Origin: Acidimicrobiia bacterium
GTDB lineage: Bacteria > Actinomycetota > Acidimicrobiia > Acidimicrobiales > Bin134
Direction of reading: 5' to 3'
DNA length: 64,000 bases
Assembly: GCA_022827725.1 (NCBI GenBank)
Contig: JAJEIJ010000005.1
Coordinates: forward strand, 462-64,461
Positions 39,651 through 49,066 of the stretch are shown piece by piece (positions within the stretch are counted from its first letter, which is position 1; each line of letters begins with the position of its first letter). The notes under the pieces are model-generated. The model was not told where the DNA came from and did not search any database. It worked only from the letters and a program-made list of their open reading frames with translations. The position numbers were made by a program, and so were the translations under genes.

Positions 39651-40190
39651 TCATGCCACGAGGGCGTCCACGATGTCGTCGAGGCGGGATGCGATGTCGG
39701 CCCTTATATCGTCCTCAGACCACTCGTCGTAGCCCGACGGCAACACGATCAACGGCTGGTTGTCTACCCGCAGGCCCCGGGCGGTGGCCTCGGCCAAGCC
39801 CCGGAACTGCTCGGTCACCAGGCCCACCGCCGGAGTTCCCATGGCCTCCAGCGTGCTGCTGGCGTGGATACACCACGCCGTACACGAGCCTCAATTGCCC
39901 AACCCGCTGATCACCGCGTCGACTTCAGCGTGGAAAGCCTCCATCTCCTGCTGATACTGCTCGGGATCGGCACCGTGCATAGGGCCGCTGGCCCGAACCA
40001 CCACTCCGGCCGCCCCGGCCCTATCCACCAACTGGCGGGACAGCTCGTCGGCCATGATCGCCATAGATCGCCACATGTCGTTGTCGATGATGCCCACCAC
40101 CGCTCCGGCCAGCGAGTCCTTGCGGATGGCCAGCGGCTGAACCGGGTCGTTCACCTCGCCGGTGGGCAACAAAATGGTGGTGGTTTCCAT
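39651..40190 (-). CDS. UGSC-family selenoprotein (in-frame UGA read as Sec)
   Basis: ORFs 39891..40190 and 39651..39842 are in one frame, joined as ...GLGN-U-GSCTAWCIHASSTLEAMGTP. TGA at 39893-39891. Confidence 0.85.
39861..39879 (-). promoter_or_regulatory. Bacterial SECIS-like hairpin
   Basis: Sense GGCGTGG-TGTAT-CCACGCC: perfect 7-bp stem starting 11 nt after the UGA, with GU in the loop. Confidence 0.7.
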
Positions 40191-40269
40191 GGAAACTCCT
40201 CCCGGAAAACTCGGGACAACTCTGGCGAGCCCTTCCGGTCCACCCTACCCCGTGCCGTATTGTGTCGCG

Positions 40270-41262
40270 ATGCGCACAACGACGCTGCCCCGGCCGCCGG
40301 TCATCATGGAACAGTCCCTGGAAGACCCCGATGTGCTGCTGGGCATTTTGCAGCGGCAGTCGCCCCATCCTCTGACGCTGGCCGGCGCAGAGTTCGTGGA
40401 GAGCCGAGCTGCCCTGCGGGCTGGCGCCCGCACCGGCGATGTCCCGCCGTTCGTCGATGTGGTGGACGGCGAGCCCCGGATCCCGCCGGTGTTCCGCACC
40501 ACTTGGGGCGCCGAACACCAGGCTGTGGAGGGGGCCGACACCATCGTCAACAACCCCCGGTTCATCGAAGCCGCCCAAGAGCTCTACGGCGCTGAGGTGG
40601 TGCGGCCCTATTTCACCTACGTGAACATCAACGCCCCGAGCGGCCAGTACGCCCGCCACACCGATATTCCATCCTTTCGGGGGGTCGGCCGGGACGAATA
40701 CCCCACCTGGCTGCTCAATTGCATGATGCACTCGGGGTGCTTCGACCGCTGGCGGGTGCGGATCGCCACCGCGGTGTGCTGGTACTACGAGGGCGTCGGC
40801 GGGGAGTTCACCTACTGGCCCGAGGGCTGGGATGGCGACATGGTGACGGTGAAGCCGCCCTACAACTACGGCGTGATGGGAGACAACGACTACATGCCCC
40901 ATCGGGTGGAGACGATCGGCGCCGAGGCCGACTACGCCAAGTACGGATTCGACGCCACCATCGCGCTCACCCCCGATCGCCAGTGGATCATCGAAGAGCC
41001 CGGCCATGAGCCGGTGCACCACGCCTTCGACGAGGTGCGGGTGTCGCTGTCGTGGAAGGCCTTCGTGTTCGGCGACGCCCACGAGGCCGAGGTGTACGAC
41101 CATCACCTGGACGACCTCGACGAGGCGACCCTGATTGCCGCGCTGGCCGAGGACTGCGCCCAGCGGGGCGTGGCCGTGCCCGACGGGCCCGACGCGCTCA
41201 CTCGCCCCGAATTCGGAGAGCGGATCAGGGACACCTATTTGTCACCTGAACTACGCTTCTGA
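40270..41262 (+). CDS. Hypothetical protein, probable Fe(II)/2OG oxygenase-like
   Basis: HTD...GGEFTYWP...DNDYMPHRV, consistent with an HxD...H facial triad. Confidence 0.6.
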   Translation: MRTTTLPRPPVIMEQSLEDPDVLLGILQRQSPHPLTLAGAEFVESRAALRAGARTGDVPPFVDVVDGEPRIPPVFRTTWGAEHQAVEGADTIVNNPRFIEAAQELYGAEVVRPYFTYVNINAPSGQYARHTDIPSFRGVGRDEYPTWLLNCMMHSGCFDRWRVRIATAVCWYYEGVGGEFTYWPEGWDGDMVTVKPPYNYGVMGDNDYMPHRVETIGAEADYAKYGFDATIALTPDRQWIIEEPGHEPVHHAFDEVRVSLSWKAFVFGDAHEAEVYDHHLDDLDEATLIAALAEDCAQRGVAVPDGPDALTRPEFGERIRDTYLSPELRF

Positions 41263-41307
41263 CCGTTTGTGGCGGGAGGTTCCTTGGCGTTCGCAAGTAA
41301 TTGGGAC

Positions 41308-43080
41308 ATGAGGGGCGCGGCTTGGCGGTGGCTAGCCGCTCTTTTCGTGGTCGCACTGTTGGCATCGGCCTGCGGTGGTGACGACGACACCGGCGACGGC
41401 GTCTCGCCCCCCGCAACATCGGCGCCGTCCCAAGACGGGGAAGACGCTCAAGACGAGGGGCGCAGCGACAGCCAAGACGAGCAACCCGTAGATCAGGAGA
41501 GCCGCGACGCCGACGAGGTGTCTCCTGAGCCCACAGCGGCCCCGACGCTGCCGGACGAGGAGCCACTCCCATCAGAGCCTGATGAGATCTATGGCGGCAC
41601 ACTGGTGTTCGCCCTGGAGTCGGAAACCACGGGAGGATGGAACCCGATCACCACGTCGGCGGCGACTTCGGGGCACATCGTGCTGCGGCAGCTCTACGAT
41701 CCCCTGGTCATCGAGGGGGTCGATGGCGAGGCCATTCCCTTCCTGTTGGAGAGCTTCAGCTCCAACGACGACTACACCGAGTGGACGTTCACGCTGCGCC
41801 CGGGCATCACGTTCCACGATGGACTGCCGGTGAACTCGGCCGCCCTTATTCGCCATATGGAGGAGTTGGGGAATGCCACGTTGTCACGGCTGGCCATCGA
41901 AGAAGCCGAGATACAGAGCTTCGAGGCGATCGACGACTTGACCGTGAAGGTAATCCTGGGGAAGACATTCGTCGATTTCCCCCTCGGTTTCACCAGCGCA
42001 GGCGGCTTTCTGGCGTCGCCGGCCATGCACGACCTCGGCACCGACAGCGCCCGCAATCCGATCGGTACGGGTCCGTTCATGCTGGAGGAGTGGGTTGAGC
42101 ATGAAGTGACCCGCCTGGTGCGCAATCCGAACTACTGGCGCACCGATGCTGAGGGACGGCAGCTTCCCTACCTCGACGCCATCGAGTTCCGTCCCTTCGA
42201 AGACGATGAGGCCCGGTACAACACCCTTCGGGCCGGCGATGTGGATGCCAGCGTCGACAACGGGGGACGGCGGGTCGAGGAGTACAACGAAGGGTTCAAG
42301 ACCTACTGGCAGGGCGGGCAGTACACGGCCACCACTTCGGTGTTGATGAACACCGCGAGACCACCGTTCGACAATCAGGAGATTCGCCAGGCGCTCGCCC
42401 AGTGCACCGACCGGCAGACTCTCAACACCGTCTTGTGGGATGGACAGCCCCCGGCCACCGGCCCGTTCTCCCCCGGCACCCCCGGCTATCTGGAGGACTC
42501 CGGATTTCCCGATTACGACCCTGATGCCGGTAGGGCTGTATTCGAGCGATTGGGCGCGCCCAGCTTTGAGATCACCACCACGATCACCACGCTGGACCTT
42601 CTGCAAGCCGAGCTGCTCGTGCAGATGTGGGGTGAGTGCGGGCTGGATGTGAGCATCAACCAGATGCTCCAGACCGAGGCGGTTACCTCCGCGGTCTTCG
42701 GGAACTTCTCCACGTTTGTGGCGGTCAACCACAGCGGGTACAGCCTGGCGATGGAGCGGTTCTGGTGGCATAGCGGCTACAGCTATCCACTACCGGTTCC
42801 GGCCATCAACTTCGGACGCGTCGCCGACCCTCGGATCGACGCGGCGCTCGATGAGGCCATCACCACCGACGACGAGGAGCGACAGCGGGAGCTTGCCGAG
42901 GAGGTCAATCGGGCATTTGCCGATGGCGTCTACAACATCTGGCTCTACCACTCGCGGTGGCTGATCGCCGCCCAAGACCACGTGAACGGCATAGACAACC
43001 TCACGATCCCCGGCGGGGGAGAGCACCCCAAGATTTTCCTCGGCCGAGTCTTTTTGGCCGAGACGTGGCTTGACCGCTGA
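41308..43080 (+). CDS. ABC substrate-binding lipoprotein, family 5 (orphan)
   Basis: Lipobox LASAC, YGGTLV, LRPGITFHDG, PIGTGPF, RNPNYW. Confidence 0.88.
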   Translation: MRGAAWRWLAALFVVALLASACGGDDDTGDGVSPPATSAPSQDGEDAQDEGRSDSQDEQPVDQESRDADEVSPEPTAAPTLPDEEPLPSEPDEIYGGTLVFALESETTGGWNPITTSAATSGHIVLRQLYDPLVIEGVDGEAIPFLLESFSSNDDYTEWTFTLRPGITFHDGLPVNSAALIRHMEELGNATLSRLAIEEAEIQSFEAIDDLTVKVILGKTFVDFPLGFTSAGGFLASPAMHDLGTDSARNPIGTGPFMLEEWVEHEVTRLVRNPNYWRTDAEGRQLPYLDAIEFRPFEDDEARYNTLRAGDVDASVDNGGRRVEEYNEGFKTYWQGGQYTATTSVLMNTARPPFDNQEIRQALAQCTDRQTLNTVLWDGQPPATGPFSPGTPGYLEDSGFPDYDPDAGRAVFERLGAPSFEITTTITTLDLLQAELLVQMWGECGLDVSINQMLQTEAVTSAVFGNFSTFVAVNHSGYSLAMERFWWHSGYSYPLPVPAINFGRVADPRIDAALDEAITTDDEERQRELAEEVNRAFADGVYNIWLYHSRWLIAAQDHVNGIDNLTIPGGGEHPKIFLGRVFLAETWLDR

Positions 43081-43094
43081 CGCTGCTCTTCCTC

Positions 43095-44039
43095 CTATTG
43101 CTGCTGCTGTTGTTGTCGGGTGCGGGGAGCTTGCACGGTCCTCAGGAGCGAGGGCTGCATCGGCGTGGACGGCGGGCGGGCCGGGTCCGTCCGGCGGATT
43201 TCCACTGAGGCATCCACCGTTGGCGTGCCCGGGCCGGAGTAGACGCCCCTAAGGGGAGGCACATCGTCGTAGTCGCGGCCGTGGCCGATCTTGACGTGCT
43301 GGCGGCCCACCGGCAGCCCGTTGGTGGGATCGAGCGGCAGCCAGCCCAGCCCGGGGATGGCCGCCTCGAACCAGGCGTGGGTCTGCACCCTCACCAGATC
43401 GCCGTCGATGCTGCCGGTGCGGTCGTTGCTGGAGAACAGGTAGCCCGACACATAGCGGGCCGGGATGCCGATGCTCCGGCACAGGGCCACGGCCAAGTGG
43501 GCGTAATCCTGGCAAACGCCGGCTCCCTTGGCCGCGATATCGGCAATGGGCTCGCCGATGTCGGTGGCGCCGGGCTCATAGGAGAGCTTGTCGCCCACGA
43601 ACCGATGGATCTCCGCCACCACGCTGGCTACGTCCGACCCGTTGGCCTCGGCCAGACTGCGGGCGGCCTGGGTCATGTCATCATTCCAGTCGGTGTGGGG
43701 GCTGCGCTTGAGGAACTCCTCGTGCCGGTCTCGGAATCCCGCTTCTTTCAGCGTCTCCAACGGCGGTCCGGTGGAGACTGGCGGCGGGTCTTGGGTCTCC
43801 ACTGAAGCCTCCGCGGTGACCTCGAGGGCGGTGTGGGCGTCGGTGACGCCGAAGTGGTCTACCCGAGTGCCCCAGTAGTCGGTGAACGACAGCATCCTGG
43901 CCGACGGCTCCACGATCACCCGATAGCTCAGAAGCTGCTGGCGCTCATCGGACACCGGACAGGCCCGCATCTCGTTCTGGGACTCCCGCACGGGAGCGTC
44001 GAACGCGAATCGGGTGCGGTAGCAGATGTCCAGCCTCAC
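43095..44039 (-). CDS. Transglutaminase-like protein with poly-Q tail
   Basis: GVCQDYAH, ARYVSGY, HAW, DPTN, GRDYDDVPP. Ends QQQQQQ. Confidence 0.9.
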   Translation of the reverse strand: MRLDICYRTRFAFDAPVRESQNEMRACPVSDERQQLLSYRVIVEPSARMLSFTDYWGTRVDHFGVTDAHTALEVTAEASVETQDPPPVSTGPPLETLKEAGFRDRHEEFLKRSPHTDWNDDMTQAARSLAEANGSDVASVVAEIHRFVGDKLSYEPGATDIGEPIADIAAKGAGVCQDYAHLAVALCRSIGIPARYVSGYLFSSNDRTGSIDGDLVRVQTHAWFEAAIPGLGWLPLDPTNGLPVGRQHVKIGHGRDYDDVPPLRGVYSGPGTPTVDASVEIRRTDPARPPSTPMQPSLLRTVQAPRTRQQQQQQ

Positions 44040-45055
44040 GACGACGCTCCCGGGGTGATGGCCTGGCTGTGGAGATCGAATGCCTCGGCGTTGCGGAAGA
44101 AGTGGCCGCTCACCAGATCGGCCACGTTCCGCACCCCTGCTTCCAGGGCGGATAGATGGCTGGGCAGGTCGGCCACCATGGTGTCGAAGTCGGTGTATTC
44201 CAGTTCCGAGCGGAGCTGCCCCAGACGTTGGAGGGGCGGGGGCCGGCCGTTGGAGGCCAATGCCTCCACCTGGGTCTCGCTCAATCGCAGGCAATAGAGC
44301 ACCGACCGGGGGAATGAGTCGTTCACCATGAGGAACCGGGCCACGTCAGAGCCCAGCGGGGACGACTGGCTGGCCCGTTGGTAGGCCTCCAAGGCTGACA
44401 CCGAGCGGAGGGTGAGGGCCATCTCGTCGTAAGACGATCCGTCGTGCTCGGGATAGCGCACACTGATCAGGCGGCAGGTCATCAGCGCCCGTTCCAGCAT
44501 CTGGCCCAGCACCAAGAACCGGTAGCCCTCGCCCTGGGCCATAGACGAGCTGATGACGCCGGTGAGCGACTGGCAGCTCACCCGAATGAAGTCGAGGGTT
44601 TGGAACGGGTCTTGCTCCATGGCTGCGGGGAAGTCTTCCTGTCGGAGCCGCAAGTGGAATTCGTTGATCTGCTCCCACAGCTCCGACGGGATCTGGTCTC
44701 GCAGGGATCGGAAGTTCTCCCTGGTGCGGCCGATGCAAAACGCCACCGACCCGGCCATGGTGGGGGCCACCACCAATCGGGTGGCGGCGGCCTGCACATC
44801 GATGCCCAGTCCGGCCTCGCTCCGCAGCATCGGCGGTGACGGCGTCAGGCGCTCAGCCATGGTTTCCACATCTTCAGCGGGGGCTTGCACCTCCAATCGC
44901 AGGGTGCTGATCAGGTTCTGCATCCGGTCAATAGCCTGGGCCGGGGGCTCGGCCACCGTGCTGAGCAGGGTGGCCCGCACCATACGGGCGGTGTCCTCGG
45001 CGCGCTCCAAGTAACGGCCGGCCCAGAACATGTCCTCGGCGTGGCGGGCCAGCAT
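44036..45055 (-). CDS. Alpha-E domain protein
   Basis: MLARHAEDMFWAGRYLERAEDTAR, second ER motif LGQMLERA, FPRSVLYC. Confidence 0.88.
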   Translation of the reverse strand: MLARHAEDMFWAGRYLERAEDTARMVRATLLSTVAEPPAQAIDRMQNLISTLRLEVQAPAEDVETMAERLTPSPPMLRSEAGLGIDVQAAATRLVVAPTMAGSVAFCIGRTRENFRSLRDQIPSELWEQINEFHLRLRQEDFPAAMEQDPFQTLDFIRVSCQSLTGVISSSMAQGEGYRFLVLGQMLERALMTCRLISVRYPEHDGSSYDEMALTLRSVSALEAYQRASQSSPLGSDVARFLMVNDSFPRSVLYCLRLSETQVEALASNGRPPPLQRLGQLRSELEYTDFDTMVADLPSHLSALEAGVRNVADLVSGHFFRNAEAFDLHSQAITPGASS

Positions 45056-46521
45056 CAGCTTTGCGCCTCCGCTCCGCTCTGGTCGGGGCTGCCCAGCACC
45101 CAGGTGTCTTTCGAGCCACCGCCCTGGGAGCTGTTGACGATGAGCGATCCTTCCCGCAGGGCTACTCGGGTGAGCCCGCCGGGGATCACCTCCACCTGCT
45201 CGCCGCTCAACACGAAGGGGCGCAGGTCGATGTGGCGGGGGGCGAAGTGATCGCCGGCCCACGCTGGAAGCCGGGACAGGTTCACCACCTCTTGGGCGAT
45301 CCAGTTGCGAGGGTCGTCGAGGATTTTCTGGCGAGCTTCGGCCAGCTCGGCATCGGTGGCCTTGGGACCGATCACGATGCCGTAGCCCCCCGATTCGGCC
45401 ACCGGCTTCACCACGAGCTGGTCGATCCGCTCCAGCACCTCGGCCCGCTGGTCCTCCTCCCACAGGAGATAGGTGTCGGCGTTGGGGATGATCGTCTCCT
45501 CGCCCAGGTAGTAGCGAATCATGTCGGGCACATAGGCGTAGACCGCTTTGTCGTCGCCCACCCCGTTGCCCACCGAGTTGGCAATCGACACCGTGCCGGC
45601 CCGGGTGGCGGCCATCAGGCCGGGCACTCCCAGGGTGGACTGGGGGTTGAACACCACCGGATCCAAGAAGGCGTCGTCGATGCGGCGGTAGATCACGTCC
45701 ACCCGCTCCAGTCCCCGGGTGGTGCGCATGGCCACTACGTGGTCGTCCACCACCAGATCGCGCCCCTCCACCAGCTCCACGCCCATGCTGCGGGCCAGAA
45801 AGGCGTGCTCGAAGTAGGCCGAGTTGAAGATGCCGGGAGTGAGCACCGCCACGGTGGGGTCGTCGCCGCAGGCGGGCGGGGCGATGGACCGCAGGGCCCG
45901 CAGCAACGAGCGCCCGTAGTGGTCTACCGACCGGACCGCCAGATCGGAGAATGCGGCGGGCAGCAGCTTGGTCATGGCGGCCCGGTTCTCGATCACATAG
46001 GAGATGCCGCTGGGGTTGCGCAGGTTGTCTTCCAGCACCCGGTAGGCGCCGTCTCCGTCGCGCACCAAGTCGATGCCGGCCACCAGGCAGCGAGCCCCCA
46101 TGGGGACCGCCACGTTCATCGCCTCGCGCTCGAAGCCGGTACACGAGGTGATGAGGCGGCGGGGCACGATGCCGTCGTGGACGATGGCCTGCTCGCCGGC
46201 GTAGATGTCGTCGAGGAACCGGTTGAGGGCGGTGACCCGCTGGATCAGCCCCCGCTCCAGCATGGCCCACTCCTCGGCGTCAATCACCCGGGGGAACAGG
46301 TCCATGGGCCAAGTGCGCTCGGTACCCTCGTCGCCGCCGTACACCGTGAAGGTGATCCCCTGGCGGCGGAACGACTCATTGCGCTGCTCCTCCAGCGCCT
46401 TCACCTGCTCCAGCGTCAGCCGGTCGAACCACTCCTGCACCGGCCGATAGTGGTCCCGAGTCCGCCCACCCTCATCGACAGCCTCATCGAAGAAGCCGGG
46501 AGCGGCGGACATGGCCGCCAT
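45055..46521 (-). CDS. Circularly permuted type 2 ATP-grasp protein
   Basis: GITFTVY, LEDNLRNPSGISY, NSAYFEH, DVIYRRIDD, VNSSQGGGSKDTWV. Confidence 0.92.
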   Translation of the reverse strand: MAAMSAAPGFFDEAVDEGGRTRDHYRPVQEWFDRLTLEQVKALEEQRNESFRRQGITFTVYGGDEGTERTWPMDLFPRVIDAEEWAMLERGLIQRVTALNRFLDDIYAGEQAIVHDGIVPRRLITSCTGFEREAMNVAVPMGARCLVAGIDLVRDGDGAYRVLEDNLRNPSGISYVIENRAAMTKLLPAAFSDLAVRSVDHYGRSLLRALRSIAPPACGDDPTVAVLTPGIFNSAYFEHAFLARSMGVELVEGRDLVVDDHVVAMRTTRGLERVDVIYRRIDDAFLDPVVFNPQSTLGVPGLMAATRAGTVSIANSVGNGVGDDKAVYAYVPDMIRYYLGEETIIPNADTYLLWEEDQRAEVLERIDQLVVKPVAESGGYGIVIGPKATDAELAEARQKILDDPRNWIAQEVVNLSRLPAWAGDHFAPRHIDLRPFVLSGEQVEVIPGGLTRVALREGSLIVNSSQGGGSKDTWVLGSPDQSGAEAQS

Positions 46522-46561
46522 TCTAAGTGTCTCCGTGTTACTGGCTTGACCGTCTGTCGAG

Positions 46562-46636
46562 TCGGGCTGGCCGGATTTGAACCGGCGACCCCCTGCTCCC
46601 AAAGCAGGTGCGCTGACCAAGCTGCGCCACAGCCCG
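46562..46636 (-). tRNA. tRNA-Pro (TGG)
   Basis: Reverse complement CGGGCTGTGGCGCAGCTTGG...CCTGC-TTTGGGA-GCAGG...GGTTCAAATCCGGCCAGCCCGA. CCA not encoded. Confidence 0.95.
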
Positions 46637-46700
46637 TGTTGGGGGTAAGCGTACTCGTCGACTGGGTGGGGGAGAGAAGCTCGTTTTCGGTTGAGCAGGC

Positions 46701-47180
46701 TTAGGACAGGGCTTGCTCAACTCGGTCGAGGGCTTCGTCCTCGGAGACGTTCAACGAGAAGCTCAGCTCCGACACCAGCACGTTGCGGGCCTTGGTGAAG
46801 AGGCTCTTCTCACCGGCGGACAGGCCCTTGTTCTGGTCCCGCAGGGCCAGGTTCCGCACCACCTCGGCCACCTGGTAGACGTCGCCCGACTTGAGCTTCT
46901 CCTGGTGGTTCTTGAACCGGCGGCTCCAGTTGGCCGGCTCCCGCACATCGCGCTTGCGGAGCACCTCGAACAGGTCTTCCACGTCCTCGGTGGAGATGGG
47001 CCACCGCATCCCCACCTCTTCGGCCTTGGCGACGGGCACCGAGAGCACCATCTCGCCGTGGGCCATGCGCAATACCAGGTATTCGGTCTTCTCCCCGAAG
47101 GCCTCTTTCATCTCTTTCTTGACCACGGTTGCCGCCCCGTGGTGGGGGTAGACAACCTTGTCACCTTTTTTGAACGTCAT
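46701..47180 (-). CDS. carD: CarD family transcription factor
   Basis: FKKGDKVVYPHHGA, NWSRRFKNHQEKLKSGD, LSAGEK. Confidence 0.95.
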   Translation of the reverse strand: MTFKKGDKVVYPHHGAATVVKKEMKEAFGEKTEYLVLRMAHGEMVLSVPVAKAEEVGMRWPISTEDVEDLFEVLRKRDVREPANWSRRFKNHQEKLKSGDVYQVAEVVRNLALRDQNKGLSAGEKSLFTKARNVLVSELSFSLNVSEDEALDRVEQALS

Positions 47181-47326
47181 CGTGCTCCGTGGGGGCTCGG
47201 GGGAACCCCATAAGGATGCCATCATCGGATGCGGTTTCGCATCTTGGGTGCTTTCTTCCTCGTAAGCGCCTGCTTTCCGGCTGAACTCCATGCACCGGTG
47301 CGGCCCAGAGGCCAAGATGGGCGGAG

Positions 47327-48349
47327 ATGGCTTCGCTTCGCACCGAGATAACCGAGATCGTCACCGGGCTGGGAATGCTCGGCTTGGCGTCGGTGGACGA
47401 GGCGCTGGCGGCTCGGCCTGAGGCGATGGTGGGGGTGGAGCACCGGCACTACAACAAGCTCATCGCCGCCCGGGCCGACGGCAAGCACGGGGTGCAGTTT
47501 GACGAGGCTTGGGCCAACGGCGTGGCGTTTGCCGCCGCGGAAGACGGCCTGCGGGATCGGCGGCCGAAGCGGGTGGAGTGGAAGGGGCCGCACCAGGCGC
47601 CCTCCTATGAGCAGACGCCGGCTGATCTGCGGATCGACCATGTGTATCTGGTGAGTTGCAAGTACGGGTCGAGGCTGCTGCACAACGTGTCGCCGGGGCA
47701 CCTGTTCGATCGGCTGCTGGTGATGAGACCGCCGAAGGCGAAGGATTGGTATGCCGAGGTGGCTGCTGAGGAGTACCAGTCTTTGTACCGGGCGGCCCGG
47801 GAGTATCTCATCAGCCATGAAGACGGATTCGACGACCTGCCGTTGAAGGTGACCGGTTTGAGCGCCGATCAGCACAAACGCCTCAAGCGGCCGTTCTCTC
47901 GTCGGTGGCCGGAGTCGTTGGCTGAGCCGGCCCATTGGTTCTCGGTGGCGGTGTCACACGCCTCCGCCGAGCGGTGGCTAAAGGCGCTGGGAAAAAGAGC
48001 CACCCAGAGGGAGGAAGCCCTCTGGCGGCTGCTGCGGCTTCAGCCTGCGCCCTACTTCGTGTTGGGCACCGATCACCGCCGCCGACCGGTGCGCTATCGG
48101 GTGGACACCCCGTGGGATTTCCGCCAGCGGTTCGCATTCAAGTCGTTCGACGTGTGGCCCGAGGCCCGGGTGCAGCCGGTGGTGCGGTGGCGGGGCGACC
48201 TGATTGTCAAGGCCACCGACACCCCCGTACACGTGGACGGCCACGTGGAAGTGCGCTGGAGCCACGGCCGCTTTCAGGGATCGCCTGAGGCCAAGGTGTA
48301 TCTGAAGACCCCACATTTGGAGACCCCGGGCTATACCGAGCTGGCGTAG
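47327..48349 (+). CDS. Hypothetical protein, possible PD-(D/E)xK-variant nuclease
   Basis: PADLRIDHVYLVSCK resembles the D...SxK active site of some type II restriction enzymes. Coding status is clear, function is tentative. Confidence 0.55.
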   Translation: MASLRTEITEIVTGLGMLGLASVDEALAARPEAMVGVEHRHYNKLIAARADGKHGVQFDEAWANGVAFAAAEDGLRDRRPKRVEWKGPHQAPSYEQTPADLRIDHVYLVSCKYGSRLLHNVSPGHLFDRLLVMRPPKAKDWYAEVAAEEYQSLYRAAREYLISHEDGFDDLPLKVTGLSADQHKRLKRPFSRRWPESLAEPAHWFSVAVSHASAERWLKALGKRATQREEALWRLLRLQPAPYFVLGTDHRRRPVRYRVDTPWDFRQRFAFKSFDVWPEARVQPVVRWRGDLIVKATDTPVHVDGHVEVRWSHGRFQGSPEAKVYLKTPHLETPGYTELA

Positions 48350-48352
48350 GAG

Positions 48353-49066
48353 TTAGGCCCAGATGGCCATCGGGTAGCCGGTGGCGTCGAGTTCGCCTTG
48401 CCCCAGGATCAGTGCTACGCCGGAGGCCATGCGCCGGGCGGTCCAGGCGGCGGCTGCGGCGTCGAGCAAGTCGTCGAGGGAAGTCCCCGGAAGGGTTGGG
48501 GGAGCTGTGCCGAGGTTGTCGAACTCCGGTGCCAGCGCAGCCATGCGTTCAGCCTGTCCGGCCAGTTGGCGCTTGGACACCGACATGGGCTCACCGGCCA
48601 GCACGGCGAAGCTGGTCTCGGGGTGGACTTCTGCGGCCTGGGGCTTTGCGTGAGGGGCGAGGTCGTCTGGGGTCAGCACGGCTCGCACTTCCCGTACTTT
48701 GGGCAGCAGGTGGAATGCCTGTATGGACAGGCCCCGGCTGGTGCCTTCCCTAGACAGCCGATTGGCCTCGGCGTGGTCGGCGGCGTCGAGCGCGCCCAGC
48801 GGCGGAGTCCAGAACAGCGAGGAGCGGCGGGGGCCGAGGAGCTCTCGGGCCTCAATGTCGGAGCGGCGCAGGTCTTGACCTGGCAGTCCGATGGGCATGT
48901 CGACGCCAACGGCCACCAGCCTTTGGGACCGTGCTTCGGCCCATACGTCGGCGAACGACGGCCACACCGAGAACGCCACCGGGGAGCCGGGAGTGGTGGC
49001 GGTGGTGGCCATGACCCATCCGCCCTTGGCCGCATCCACACCGGCGACCAGCGGTGCGTCACTCAA
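48353..49066 (-). CDS. DUF429 family protein (RNase H-like fold)
   Basis: AGVDAAKGGW, VDMPIGL, EVHPETSF, DDLLDAAAAAWTA. Confidence 0.82.
   Translation of the reverse strand: MSDAPLVAGVDAAKGGWVMATTATTPGSPVAFSVWPSFADVWAEARSQRLVAVGVDMPIGLPGQDLRRSDIEARELLGPRRSSLFWTPPLGALDAADHAEANRLSREGTSRGLSIQAFHLLPKVREVRAVLTPDDLAPHAKPQAAEVHPETSFAVLAGEPMSVSKRQLAGQAERMAALAPEFDNLGTAPPTLPGTSLDDLLDAAAAAWTARRMASGVALILGQGELDATGYPMAIWA

Noticed and set aside
44036-46270. 744-aa ORF as a large fusion protein
   Set aside because: The first ~405 codons are an alternative frame of the ATP-grasp gene; the real alpha-E gene starts at 45055. The 12301, 13326 and 54239..55660 ORFs are over-extended in the same way.
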